Below, one piece after another: positions 1 to 12,970 of a stretch of DNA of 64,000 nt. The stretch is taken from the NCBI GenBank assembly GCA_000165425.1, contig CT868678.1:1-64000 (forward strand), given 5' to 3'. The notes beneath the pieces are model-generated. The model saw only the letters and a list, made by a program, of their open reading frames with translations, searched no databases and was not told where the DNA came from. This DNA comes from Paramecium tetraurelia (Eukaryota). The translations under genes were made by a program, and so were the position numbers. The first letter of the stretch is position 1. Every line of letters starts with the position of its first letter.

Positions 1-1495
1 ATTAATTCTATTAATATGCTTGTATTAAGTATCTCTTGTTGAATATTTTAAAACTTTTTATGGTTTGAGTTTAATTAAATCGATGTGAAAGGGAAAATTC
101 TATAATTGCGAAAGTCTAGGTTCTTCTATTTCTATATCAATGTAAATGCTTTTAATATCTTAAAATTCTAAATTGATCTCTATTTTATAGTTGAATATTT
201 TTCAATCGAAAATCTTTTTGATATAAATTTTTATGATCCTCTATTTTCTTAATTTATATGATAATTTTCAAAAAAATTTATCCTATCGTATTTAAGTGAG
301 TGACTTATAATCATATTTTCGCACAAGGCTTTATGTTAAATTTTTGTGGTTTGATTTCTTCATTAACTTCTAAAGTTGAATTATTGGTTACAAAAATGAA
401 CATATATCTCATTTAAAAAGTTATAAAATACTCTATCACTTAAATGGCAAATGGATATTTATATTTAGATATTATTTTGCTCTCATTATATATACACATT
501 GAATTGAGCTAATTTATCTTTATTTTCATACCTTATCAAAAAATAAATTAAATTTATTGGAATTAAAGAAATTTATTTTAGTTGTAATCATTATTTATAT
601 TAGAAGAGAATTATTAATCATTTAATTTAATATAATACAATAATATTTAAATTCTCCAATAAACTTATTTTAAAATTAATTATTAGATGTATTCCATTTA
701 TTTACCAATTCATTCTCAATACTTTATATCTTGTGGAATGAATACTTTTATTTGAATATATTTTTTTTTGGAGCAAAATAAGGAAAAGAACTTTAAAAAA
801 AAAAGATTAATTTGGGAAGAAGTAAATATTTTTGTGATATTATTTATCCAGTATTAACAAATTTTCTGCTTTCATTAAATTTCCTAAAATTTATATAAGT
901 TTATTGTATTAATTTTTGAATAATTATATTCGATAAACTTGCAATCAGTTTTATAAATGCCAGTCTAAGATAGTTTATACTATTCTTGAAATAAGTCTAG
1001 CAATCTTTCTTTAGATGCTCTTTTAAGAAATGTGACTAAAAATTAGATAAATTAAATCTTGTATAAAGTTTTGTTAATCATTCATGTTACTTACAAAATG
1101 CTTACCTAAATATTTAATCTGTATTTCATGATCTACATAGAAGATGGAGAAAAAATCATTTCTTTTTCTTTTGAATTTAAAATCAATTTATAGAAGTCTG
1201 AGACTTGGAGATATATTGGCAACTTTTAGTGAACTCACCATTATATGATTTAAGATTATGTTTATATTAAATTTTTTGAGTCATTTCATTTTTTGTCGTA
1301 ATCCTAATTAATTATAAATTGAGAATAAAAAAAAGATTAAATTGGTTTTGAACTCCTTAATATATAAAAAAAAATAATTTGAAAATCATCAAATCTAAAA
1401 TCTAAATTTTAAGACAATTTTCCAAAATATAGTGTGATATATCAACATCCTTACATTTATATAACCAAAATATTTAAGATTAAAAATAAATTCAA

Positions 1496-1530
1496 GTTCA
1501 TAGATAAAATTGTGGTTCATAGATAAAATT
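1496..1530. repeat. 16-bp direct repeat GTTCATAGATAAAATT x2, 3-bp spacer
   Basis: Identical copies at 1496-1511 and 1515-1530, about 45 bp upstream of the ATG at 1577. Confidence 0.85.
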
Positions 1531-1576
1531 CTTAATATATAGAAGCAATAAAATTTAAATAATTATTTTCTTCCAA

Positions 1577-3140
1577 ATGATGATGGAGATATCCAGAAAA
1601 CTTCGAACTTTTGACATTTTTGGCTAATAAATTCGGCTAAAAGCATCTGGCTCATCTGTTTTTTAATCTCAAATTGGAGCCTTTATGACTTTACTACTAT
1701 TTAGCACACTTACTTATTCAGGTAGTTTATTTATTTTGGAAATGAACAAAGGGAAGAATGCGATTTTTAACTCTTAAGAAGCTGTTATTCAAAATAATGA
1801 AGTATTTATCACTACAAACTAATTTTTAGGGATTCAGTTTCAACTCCACTGAACTAATATTTTCAGCTGGATTACTTGGTATTTTGGGTCAACCTATTCC
1901 AAATGAGGATAACAGAATATTTAAGATAGGATTTTATGTTTGCAACAAATCACTTAATGAAACAGAATGTATTGTAATACCAGGAGAAATTTGTGGGAAT
2001 AGAATTAGAGAGGCATCAAAAGTAATAAACAATAATTAATTTAGAAATTGAATATTGCTTAAGCATATGAAAATATAACTTATTGTATGAGCGAATAGTA
2101 TATCCGAGAGAATCCTGAAATAAGAATTTAAGGGTCAAATCGTTATGACAATTTTACTTTATTAGGAGCAGTATAATTAAACCTTCTTGTTCATTATAAT
2201 AGAAAGATGTTCAAATAACACTGAAATATAGAGTACGATATTATTTAATCTAGATTGTGCATCCAATGAAGAAATCGATAATTATATTGCAAATGCCAAT
2301 CTTTATTACTCATACACCTTTCATTAACTTAATAAAGAATTAGATGTTTCCCCATATTAGTAAACTGAAAATATCGACCTTACTTCTCTCTATTATAAAG
2401 TAGGTAAGTATATTAAAATTTATTTACAATATTCTTAAAGTTATCTAGAATATAATCCCTTCTATTTTTTTCCAAGATCAGTGTAGCATGATGGGGTTGA
2501 ATATTAAAAGACAGTAACTGATAGTGTGCTTTATTTCTAGGATGCCAATACCTTAGCTAGAATAGAGGTCCATTTGGATGCTAAGAAAAAGGTTTGCTAC
2601 ATTACATATTAAACTTTAATGGATGTAGCTGCTAAACTAGGAGGGTTATTTACAATCATAAGAGCTTTGTTGGATATTATATTATATCCAATTTAATCTA
2701 TTCTCTATAAGCTTTTTTTGATAAATTTTTTAATCAATCATTAGAATAATGGTACCAATAAGGATATTTAATTATAAAAGTCTAAAAAATAAGAAATATG
2801 CATTCATTAACTGATAACTTCTTCAGTGAAAAGAGAATTTTTTAATTAATAATCTTAATTAATCAATAAGTATTTAGATATTAGACAAATATTAATACAT
2901 CCGCTGTAATTTACATAAAAAATAGAGGGTTTATAGGATTCAATAAAGAAAATTGATATCCTTAGTTCTAGATAAATTAAACTTATTAGCAAACAAGAAA
3001 TGGATGAGCTTGTTGTGCAAAGCAACAATGAAGAGTGCCCAGATTGCAGATGTTTAAGCTATGGTACTATCAATTCGGAAAGCAAGGTAAGAAATTAAGA
3101 TAAGTATGCAATTCCAAGAATGAAAATTTAAATTCATTGA
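1577..3140 (+). CDS. Ciliate-family two-TM membrane protein (~511 aa) with a large Cys-containing loop
   Basis: Code 6: MMMEISRKLRTFDIFGQQIRLKASGSSVFQSQIGAFMTLLLF, then a 28-nt intron near 1803, later YQTLMDVAAKLGGLFTIIRALL (second TM), TGA 3138-3140. Spliced length is divisible by 3. Confidence 0.75.
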
Positions 3141-3519
3141 TGTATTTGATATCTAATTTATAATATTATCAATAAAAAATCACTATGGAATCATTAAAAA
3201 TTAAATGAGTTTATCCAAATTGTGAATTTATCATTCGAAATCATATGAATTATCAATTATTTTTGATTACTTTCAATAACTGCTATGAGACTTCCAAAAA
3301 TGGAACTAAAATTAGCTCAGTATTCAAAAACTAAAGATTTACATTTAATATTTTAAAAGAAAAATAGAATTAAAAATTATTAGTAATGTTAATCACTGAA
3401 TAATTTAATCAAAAGAAAGTGGCAGTAAATATATTCGATTTACATAATTAATTATGATAATATGAATCTTAAAATATTAAAAATTGAAATAACATATAAC
3501 CTCTGTATATTAATAAAAT

Positions 3520-5507
3520 TCAACACATTAGTTGTGGCATTTTTAATTTTCCTTCTTTGATTACTTAATTTAAATCTTTATACTTGAGACTTTTTATAAG
3601 TGCTTCGATTTCAGGTAGATTTGGCTCAATATCAGCTTATCGCAGAACATAAGCAACATCATACATAGCTAATCATAGAATAAATAATTTACTTGGAGAC
3701 TTATTTCCTCCTAATAAAAGTAAAGCGTAAGTAGCAACATAAGATGATCTCACATTATCGTTCTAATCTTTTGGTTGAATGCATATTGGTTGAATGCATT
3801 TTGGTCGAATGCATTTTGGTAAATAATCATATTGATTTACTTCCTAATTATTTTGAGTTAAGGCATCCTAATCAATTCTCTCTACATCAAAATTTCTACA
3901 ATAATTAATTATGCTCATGAATTCAGATTTTATAACAGTAGTTTAAGAACTTAATACTGTTATTCTTCTGAGAAACTCGTTTAACTTACTTAGTATAATT
4001 TGATTCCTTTGTTCCAAATTTTCAAATTTCTGAAACTTAAATATTTTTTCAAGTTGTTCATCAATAATATTTTTGAACTCTATCAATAGGACTTTAATTT
4101 CTTAATTTTATTCCTTTTCTATTAATTAATTTAAGTCATCTAAACTTTGGGTAACAATCTACCAAACAGATTAGACAAGATTTAGAGGTTTTTTGTAATA
4201 GTAGATTTAACATAGCAACCCAGTTTTGCCTTATTTAGTTTATTCTGAAGTTTTTCTTTAACCTTCTCTTTAGTTAGATTTTCCTCTACTTTTTCTTTTG
4301 CAAAACAATCAATAAATTTAGAAATTTCTTCCTTTTATTTCAGATGTTTTTGAAGCATAGTCATTGTAGATTCCGATAAATTTTGGGCTTTTAGACTTCC
4401 ATCTGCAAGTTTATCTAATAGGTCTAAAAGAGGATCCATTAGTTGAAGTGCTTCTTGATCTTTACTATTATTAGTGGTTTCCATATTGTTTAAAACTTCT
4501 TAAACTACTGCTTTCATCTCTTAAAAAATTTATTAGCTATTTTGATGCTTTGTTGCAACAGTCTCTATTATTCTCTCTGATATTGAATTGCATATAAGCT
4601 AAGAAATATGACGTGGATCCATAGTCGGGTCAATCTCTTATCCATCTAACATCATTTTTTTTTTGGTTCCATCTGTTTTTTTAAGATATGGTTCACCAGG
4701 TGGAACCATTGTGGTAGTATTTTTCGAAGCAATTGTTGTATAAACTGGCTAGTTAACTTGAAGGAGCTTTGATGATACACTCAGAAGCTGTTTGATTTCG
4801 TAAAATATTGTTGTAAATTCTTATTATAATTATTATTGAGACCTGCCACCTCTTTAAACTTCGAAAATGGCAGGGCAGCTTGAGTTTTAATTATGGATTG
4901 CCTTTCTTAAGACATTAGATATTGTGTTTGGAAATGAATTTCCAACAGCTACACTTATAAATTAAATCAAGTATTTTTATTTCATTTATTCTATTAAATT
5001 AGTTAATTAGTTAAAGTCAAAAGACTCCTGACCATCACTTATGAATACAATTGTTATATTATTTTGGTAATAATTATTTAAAAGTTTTTAAAAAATTGTC
5101 TTAAAAGTTTCGGTGATATTTCCACTCCCTGCACTTCTAAATGGAAGAAAATCATAAAGTTATCATTCCCATTAATATTTCATCTGCTATGATCCTAGAC
5201 AGGAAAAAGTAGCATTATGAGCATCTACAACGGCTTCATATTCACCAGACATAGAGCCAGTTCCATCAATAAGGGTGATTAGATAAGATTATGTCGTTGT
5301 GCAATTCTTTGCCACATATACTTCATACTAACAGCTCATTTTACCTCCTTAATAATTTTATTTCAAGCTTTCATCTTGATCTTAATAGAAGTCTATTTCT
5401 ATTATTGTGATTTCTACTAAAATTCTTTTGTAGATCTTAATGCTTCTTAGTAATAAATTAGTTTGAAAATAAAAATTTTGGAAGTAATCGAATGGATTAT
5501 GTATCAT
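3520..5507 (-). pseudogene. Disrupted VWA + helical region + ribosomal P2-like N-terminal domain fusion (~654 aa if repaired)
   Basis: MIDAS-like LIDGTGSMS and IVFISDGQE. In-frame TGA at 5163-5165 and a 1-nt frameshift in the 6-nt homopolymer at 4189-4194. C-terminus YVATYALLLLGGNKSPTMYDVAYVLRQADIEPNLPEIEALIKSLKYKDLNQVIKEG spans a 24-nt intron. Confidence 0.75.
3771..3820. repeat. 15-bp tandem repeat, ~3.3 copies, coding PKCIR-PKCIQ-PICIQ-PK on the minus strand
   Basis: TTGGTTGAATGCATA / TTGGTTGAATGCATT / TTGGTCGAATGCATT / TTGGT. Confidence 0.9.
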
Positions 5508-6574
5508 GATTCATTAACAGAATCATTAAATTCTCTACTTAAGCAAATACTTGGGAAAATATTACGAATTTCAAGAATCTAGAATCTAAGAAGAATTTAG
5601 AAGTAATTGAGTTAGGGATTATTAATGTTGTGTACTGCTATTATATTCAAGCAAAATATTGGTGCATAAATTCTGGATTTGATTGACTATTTTAAAGAGA
5701 TAAAATAAGCCAATTAAGGGAATAAAATTATATAATAAAGAATATTTTTTAAATTATTATAAAACTTATATTTCTGTTTTAAACTGAAAAATAATTAATT
5801 ATTAAATTTTCGAATTACATCAATATTCATGTATTTTAATGTAAAGATTGGCTATTACCATAATTGTATGATTGTAAAATTCAAATTATTTAATAAAGAA
5901 TTACTACCATAATTAATTAATTTTCTTTGTATTAAAATAAAATGGTTTATCAATATAAAAATTTTAATTTTTAATAATTCTCCTTGCTTATGAAAAAAAT
6001 GGATTCATCTTTGACCTCATTACCATAAATTTATAAGGGTTATTTAATAATTATTAACAATATCATTATGTAAAATTTAAAAAGAAAGTAATAATTCATT
6101 AAGTATTCTGGAATTCAATTATAATTTACATTCATTATAAAAAACAAATATTATTATCAATATTTAATTTTAATTATCGCTAAATAAATTGGAAAATCCA
6201 ATTCAAATCTCCTTTTAAATTATCATATGAATACTGAAAAATAGTTTTAATTCTCTTTCTTAAATATTAAATATTAGACTAAAAATGTCAAAATAATAAA
6301 AAATATTAATATTCTGAAATTAAATTGTGTATTTGTTTTTTTTGTCCGAAGAGCGAAGCTTAATACTATTGGCAACAAAAGTATTTTACATATGTAATTT
6401 AAGTGAATGCTATTGTTAATATATTAAAAATTAAGCCTTTATCTTAATTTATATTAAAAGCATATTCCTATCAAATAACAATAGAAAACTTCACTGAGGC
6501 AGAAATATAATAATTGATGAGTATATTTGCCTTATATAAACAAATAATTTTCAGATTCTCCTTGATTATTCACC

Positions 6575-6865
6575 TCAAGAATTGATTTTAATATAATTTC
6601 TATACAAAGTAACATTAAATATATATCAGAGCCAAATGAATTAACTTTTCCAATCTTGCTTTTTTTATTGTTTGCCTGTTGGCGGGAGAATAAACTCTTC
6701 CACAATTGTTCTATTTAGACGAGAATGAATGATTGTTAAAGGTGACTGTTAATTTTAAACATTTTCTTCTTCATTCAATTCCTCGAACTATGAATTCATG
6801 TCAAATGGGGATATTTTGGCTAAATTTGACAATGGAGTGGTAAAATAAATTTTTGGATGGTTCAT
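6575..6865 (-). CDS. Small hypothetical protein (~96 aa)
   Basis: MNHPKIYFTTPLSNLAKISPFDMNSQFEELNEEENVLKLTVTF... is open in code 6 and locally richer in GC than its flanks. No recognisable domain. Confidence 0.4.
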
Positions 6866-7389
6866 TTACTATAATTAAATTTGATTTGATTTGGATATAA
6901 TAACCTAATAATTAATTATATTTTATAACAAGAAAATAATATCATTAACATATCAGGAATAATTTAGGAAAATTCAATTTTTTAATTGCTTATTTAAATT
7001 TGAAAAATACAATAAAGCTGATAAACTTTGGTTGGCTTGTAAGTTGTTTTAAGAGCTCCAATAAATTAATCTAATTGTTAAATTAGAATTATTACTCTAG
7101 ATATTTCTTCCAATGCCCATTTTTCCATTAATTAATTACCACTTCAATATTATTCATAATATGATTCTTAATGAACCTTAATTATTATTATATTACAAAT
7201 GAATTAACGAATAATTTCTTAGATTTATTTTAATCAAGAATATAGAATATAATATTATCATTCTCCTTTAGACTTTTAAATAGCCATTCTTATTCAATAT
7301 AGCTTCTATAATTAAAAATATTTTGAGCAGTATACTTATTAATAATGTATTAGAATAAATTTTTATCTTTATAAAAATTAAAAAAAAGA

Positions 7390-7453
7390 AGGGAGAATCA
7401 GGGTTCGCACCAGAGACCTACAGAGATGCAGTCAGGTGCTGAGCTATACTCCC
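7390..7453 (-). pseudogene. Degenerate tRNA-Cys(GCA) with D-arm deletion
   Basis: GGGAGTA TA GCTCAGC A CCTGA CTGCATC TCTGT AGGTC TCTGG TGCGAAC CCTGA TTCTCCC T followed by a T-run. About 8 nt of the D-arm are missing, three stems have mismatches, and the T-loop reads TGCG instead of TTCG. Confidence 0.8.
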
Positions 7454-7549
7454 AACTATTAAAAATGATTGAATGAATTCATAATATCAGTGGTTAATTT
7501 TATTTTTAAATTTCTTCTTTATTAAATTTAATTATCTATTTATTTAATC

Positions 7550-8782
7550 ATGATAACGACACCAGCTTAAAATAATACTAGCTCAATACAAGAGAAGTTA
7601 ATGGAGGAACGCAAGAGATGTATGTAATCTCAATTCAAATTTTAGTGATAACTTCTTTTGAATAAAAATTCTTAGGCGATGAATAAGCCCGCTAAGCTTA
7701 ATATGCAGACCAAGCTACATATAATGGTTAGATAAACGAGAAACAAAATAAATAAGGAGTAGGAAAATACTTATTCCCAAATGGAGATGTGTATTATTTA
7801 TTGGTGATTATTTTAGGTACATTGGACAGTGGTCTAACGATCTGTTCAATGGAGAAGGCGTTTATCTTTTCAATAATGGAGAACGATACGAGGGACATTT
7901 ATTGAACGGTAAAAAGCATGGCGTAGGTATCTACTACTATGCAAATGGTAATATGTATAATGGGGAATGGATCAATGATTTGAAACATGGAAAAGGCAAA
8001 TATTCGTATTACTTACAAGGGGAATCTTTTGATGGTGAATGGCAATATGGAGAAAGACATGGAAGAGGAGTCTACTTATACTCGCTTGGAGATAGATATG
8101 ATGGTCTTTGGGAAAGAGGGCTCAAATGGGGTAGAGGAATTGTGGAGTTTGCATCTGGAGCGAGATATGAGGGTTAGTTTGCAAGTGACAAAGCCACAGG
8201 TTAGGGAACTATGATATATGTTAACAATGACAAATACGAAGGACAATGGAATGATGGATTAAAACATGGTTATGGAGTTTATACTATGGCCGATGGATCC
8301 AGATATGAGGGGAATTGGATGAATGATGAAAGAGAAGGGCAAGGTCTTTTTCTTTATGCATCAGGCGATAAATATGAAGGCATGTATAGTAAAAATGTGA
8401 AAAGTGGATATGGAGTGTATGTTGCTTCGAACGGAGATAGATATGAAGGAGAATGGGCAAATGATAAAAGGTAAGGGAATGGTACACTCTATATGGCCAA
8501 TGGGGATAAGTATATTGGAGAATGGAAAGAGGGTGAGAAATCTGGTAAAGGTATTTACTATTTTGCACACGGTGATACTTATGATGGTAATAATTCAAAA
8601 TCTAAATTCTAGGCTATTGGTTGGGTGGTATGAGACATGGGTATGGTAAATATTCTTGGAGCATAGGCGACTATTATGAGGGAGAATGGAGATTTGATAA
8701 AATGAATGGTAAGGGGAAATTTAAAGGAGCTGATGGTTCAGAATATGTGGGGGAGTTTTCAAATGACAATAAAGTAAATTGA
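7550..8782 (+). CDS. MORN-repeat protein (~384 aa)
   Basis: Tandem YxGxWxxGxxHGxGxYxYxxG 23-aa repeats, three 26-nt GT-AG introns, TGA 8780-8782. Confidence 0.92.
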
Positions 8783-8841
8783 TTTGTCTTATATATTGCT
8801 ATTTTCATAATAATTATTATTATTAAATAATTTAGTTTAAT

Positions 8842-9532
8842 TCATCGATAGTTTAATCTTTCAAATTCATTATTTATTGCACTTCCATTTAGTTCTGCAT
8901 TAATTCCTATTGAAATTCTTGCTAAATATTTTGGATTGTGAATAAATTCTATTGAATAACTTAAGATTGATTATAGATTTATTATCTTTATTATTCAATT
9001 ATTTATTATTGTTATTCGCATTTTTGCTTCCATTCATCACACTCTGAACTAACCTAATTTTTTTGAATCATCAACTCGTCAATAAATGATTTATATTTTT
9101 AAACTACAGATTTTAGGTTATGTTTCTACTCTATCAAACATGATTCTAATTAGGATTTCCTAAGAATATTTAATAACAATCTACATTTCAAATTTCAACT
9201 AAAAAACTAGTTTTTTAAGTTCATGATTTTCCTGTCGATAATAATCAACACTATCACAATAAGATTTGCAATCATCATTTGTGCTCAAATTGCTTAGATT
9301 CTAAACTCTGAAATAATAAATGACTTGATATACTTGTTTTCTTTATCTGTTGTTTAGATTCTTTTTTTATTAAATTTGTTCAAATAGGAATTTTTTTTGT
9401 CTGGGGTGTGAGTAGTATTTATATACATTTTTTAAATTTTAGATGTCTGTTAATATAAAAATTAGTATTTTATATAAATGATAAAACTTTGACATGACTT
9501 AATCAACTTTAACTTTATTAAGTTTGATCCAT
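8842..9532 (-). CDS. Hypothetical coiled-coil protein, exon structure uncertain
   Basis: MDQTQQVKVDQVMSK... DYYRQENHELKKLVFQLKFEMQ... EFERLNYR*. Several candidate 26-nt introns, but I could not build one clean model. Confidence 0.35.
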
Positions 9533-10046
9533 TTTATGATACTCCTGCCTGGAATGTAGTTCTGGATTGTATTCATAAATGTATTACATGAATTAAGATT
9601 CTTTTGAGAAAAATCATTTCTATTAAACTATCCTTGTCTCTACAAATAAATGATAAAATTGGATAATAGTAATTAATTATCGTCTTTAATTGCACTTTCA
9701 ATATGTGAGATATACAATTAATTGATATTTTGCAAAAGAAATAAATAACCTTATATCTCACTAGAATGAGTGTTAATTGGAAATTCCTGATATGTTCTTA
9801 AATTCATTGATAGATATCCAATAATCAGACAATAATAATTGACAATTTATTTTAGTATTCACTTTTATAATAAATATAAATTGATTAGCTTAAATGGCCA
9901 ACATCCTTATATCAAATGGATAAACAAAACTGCATGATATCATTTTTAAGATACTTAGGCTAATTATAATCAAGAAGTTCTTGTTAGATTTTGCATTTAT
10001 AATAACCATGGATTTAGATTATGAAAATATAAATAATGAATATTAA

Positions 10047-10802
10047 TCAATCCATAGAATTAAAATAATGAAAGTATGTGTATTTTATATTTTCATTTAA
10101 TATTATTAATATTCTAAATAAAAGGAATAGCCGTATAATTTTTTTGAAGATTGCTTTTTGGCTATCTAATTTCTTTGGATTATAAATTTGGCAATCTAAT
10201 TGGCCTAATATTTAGTAAATTGAGTACTGAGTTGTTCGAAAAGTCTTCTCTTCTCCACTGCTTTGACTCAGTTGTTGGATTAGGTGATCATAAATCTACT
10301 TTGTCAACACTTTCGGAGCTGCCATTGATGAGTTCAAGGAGGATGGTTGTTATGCAAAACTATCCAACTTATTTTTTAATTCAACACTTAATTCCATTAA
10401 TTTTGAGACATTGGTTTCGAAGTTGTTAACCTGTTTATTCTATAAATCCTTATTTATACGATTAAGTCTGTTATTCTCCTTCTGCAAAACTTATAGTTTC
10501 TATTCGTACTCTGACTTCACACTTTCTATCTCTTGTTTTAAAGTCTGTTCTTTATCCATTGTCGTTGATGATAAACTAATAAGATATAATTGTTCTTATA
10601 GGTTTTGATTGTCCCTTCTAAGCTATATTAATTCTTATTAGACTATTTCCAACCTTTCTTCTAATGATTAAGTTTAGTTTATTTAAACTGCTGCCTTCTC
10701 CAATTATCGTTGAAGACTGTATACAAGCAAGGTTAGTCTTTAATTTTCATCAGTTAGTTTTGAGTTCAGATCAATAAGGTTATCTTTTGTAATATGATTC
10801 AT
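10047..10802 (-). CDS. Hypothetical coiled-coil protein (~250 aa), 3' end uncertain
   Basis: MNHITKDNLIDLNSKLTDENQRLTLLVYSLQRQLEKA... heptad-rich ORF in code 6. Confidence 0.65.
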
Positions 10803-11657
10803 AAATATTATTATTCAAGACAATCATTTTATCTTAATTTGATACAAGCTTATAATAGCTTTATAAAATAATGAATAATTGTATTTATAATCTTAGACAT
10901 AATTACTGAAGAGAATCAAAAGGCAGACTTTTATCAAATGTGATATTCATGATTGGAATGAATTAAATATTTATTCGGTAGAAATCTCTTTGAATTTTCT
11001 TAATTGTAGTTCTTAATTAAATACGTAAAAGAATAATGCAAAATAACTTATTTTCGTAACCTTTAGATTATCAAAGAAATCTAATGATATTTCAGTTTCA
11101 TAGTACATACTCACGAAATTTGAATTATCCAGTAGTATTCAATATCATAAAAATATTTGAAGAATTATCATTTTTGCAGATTGCCAAAAAGTAAGAATTC
11201 AGGATGTTACTTTTATAAATAATCATCAGCAATTTTAAAATCCTATCCTTCTGTTGTACAATAATTTCTAAATTAGATACAATATTTTCTTAAAGAATTT
11301 GTGCAATTAATTTTGTATTATAAATTTATACCAAAGACTAATAATAATTTTACAACATGCAATTTCATAGTCCATGCAATTTAAGCAGAAAAATTCAACT
11401 AGTCAGTTGGTTATAGTTATTTTTTTATTCACAAAATTATGTTATTTTTAGATTTTATTAAATAGACAATTCTGGGGAATAAAGAATATTGAGGTAAATG
11501 AAGTTCAGGTAAGGTAGCACAATGATTTTAAATTTTAGTTCAATTGTAAAAGCATTTCTTACAAATTGAAATTGTGAGCATGGATAATTTGATAATTTTA
11601 TTTATTAGATTGAATTAGATTAAAATGAATAATATAATATAATAATTCATTATTTAA

Positions 11658-12852
11658 TCACATCACCAGTTTAACATTCACTTTCAAACGTGTATTAGGC
11701 TTAAGATGCTGCATTTCCTTAATGTATTCTTTTTCCACAATCCATAGTAGTATTAGATAAATAATGATCTTGTTGTTGTTTTAGATCACCTTTAGGAATT
11801 ATTTGGGATTATGATTATGACTTTTTCATATCTCTGCCAGAGGTTTAGCCATTTTTATTTGGTTGAGGACTTGATTTCTCAATTTTTAACCTTTTTGACC
11901 TACTAGTTAGATAAATTTTGACATTCTAAAAATAAATTTACAATTCTTCTATTTCCTTTTTTGTGGGTTAATACCATTTAGGTTCATTAACAATGCAATT
12001 TTAAAAGAATACCCTCAATTAAGCAAACTTTTTGACTTGGGGTGTTAATTTAATGTATTCATTGAATAATTCATAAACTTAGATCGATTACTATTAATCC
12101 ATTTGTTAATAACAATCTAAGAATTATCGTACAAACCTATTAACTAGAATATTGTATGGAATTACCTTTCCAACATTAAATAGAGTGCAATAACATCATT
12201 CCACAATAACAAATAGATTTCCATCACTATTGTTCTGTTGTGAGTCTAAAAAACCTGTGCGTAGAACTTATTTCAAAAATATTTGTTTACTTCGTGTTAT
12301 CCTAGGATGAGATTGAGAGCGTTAATCATTTTATAAAATTGCATTACGTTAGAATCTATGTCCTTAACTAAAATACAATAATTCAGAGTTAATTACATAC
12401 AACATTAGAGTTGGATTTCATTTTACTCTTCGATATAATTTCACTGATTAAAGCTAATTTTTGTATTATCATTGTTTATACAGAAGAAAACTTACTAAAA
12501 GTGTCCTTTTGTTCCATGTGTTACCAACCAATCCATCCAAGGAATTATTACACAAACAGTCTGCCATGTTTGATATCACCCATTAAGACATGGATTGTTA
12601 ATAACACTTTTAATTTCTTTGGACTTTCCAATTATTAAGGTATGAGTCTTATGAATTCTTTGAATACTTAAACAATCGTCATGCTCTAGACTAATTGATC
12701 CTCCTCTTCTTTGGATGGGTAACCTTTTTAAGTTGTAATATACACCTACCTTACAACATTTTTTTAATGTCTTCCAAATCAACTGTTTCTGAATTATCAT
12801 AGATTGTGCTCTCAAATAGGTACTTCTAGAATCTAGTTTGTTTCTTGAACAT
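11658..12852 (-). CDS. ANTH/ENTH-like domain protein
   Basis: MFKKQTRFQKYLFESTIYDNSE, then a 26-nt intron, then KKLKVLLTIHVLMGD, resembling the ANTH LKaLixiHxll helix. Further short introns downstream. Confidence 0.55.
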
Positions 12853-12970
12853 ATTCTTTAGAAACATTTAAGTTTATATTTTAATATAATCAAAATATTT
12901 TATAATTTGATTAGCTCTTTCACAGTTTATTAAATTTACATTTATTCTTAAAATTGTACATTTAAATTAT

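Noticed and set aside
1..1300. Coding-like minus-strand fragments at the window start
   Set aside because: Could not assemble a consistent gene model.
3771..3820. Repeat as a CRISPR-like array
   Set aside because: No spacers, a 15-nt in-frame period inside a coding region, and a eukaryotic context.
5163..5165. Selenocysteine or readthrough reading of in-frame TGAs (also 43172, 42730, 42335, 32818)
   Set aside because: In the VWA and NudCD3 genes they co-occur with frameshifts, none sits at a redox Cys position, and I saw no SECIS-like hairpin. Decay or splicing is simpler.
8284..8649. ORF-track entries overlapping the MORN gene, and similar shadows over the IP3R, BRE1-like, PCM and cyclase genes
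   Set aside because: They are antisense or off-frame by-products of real code-6 genes.
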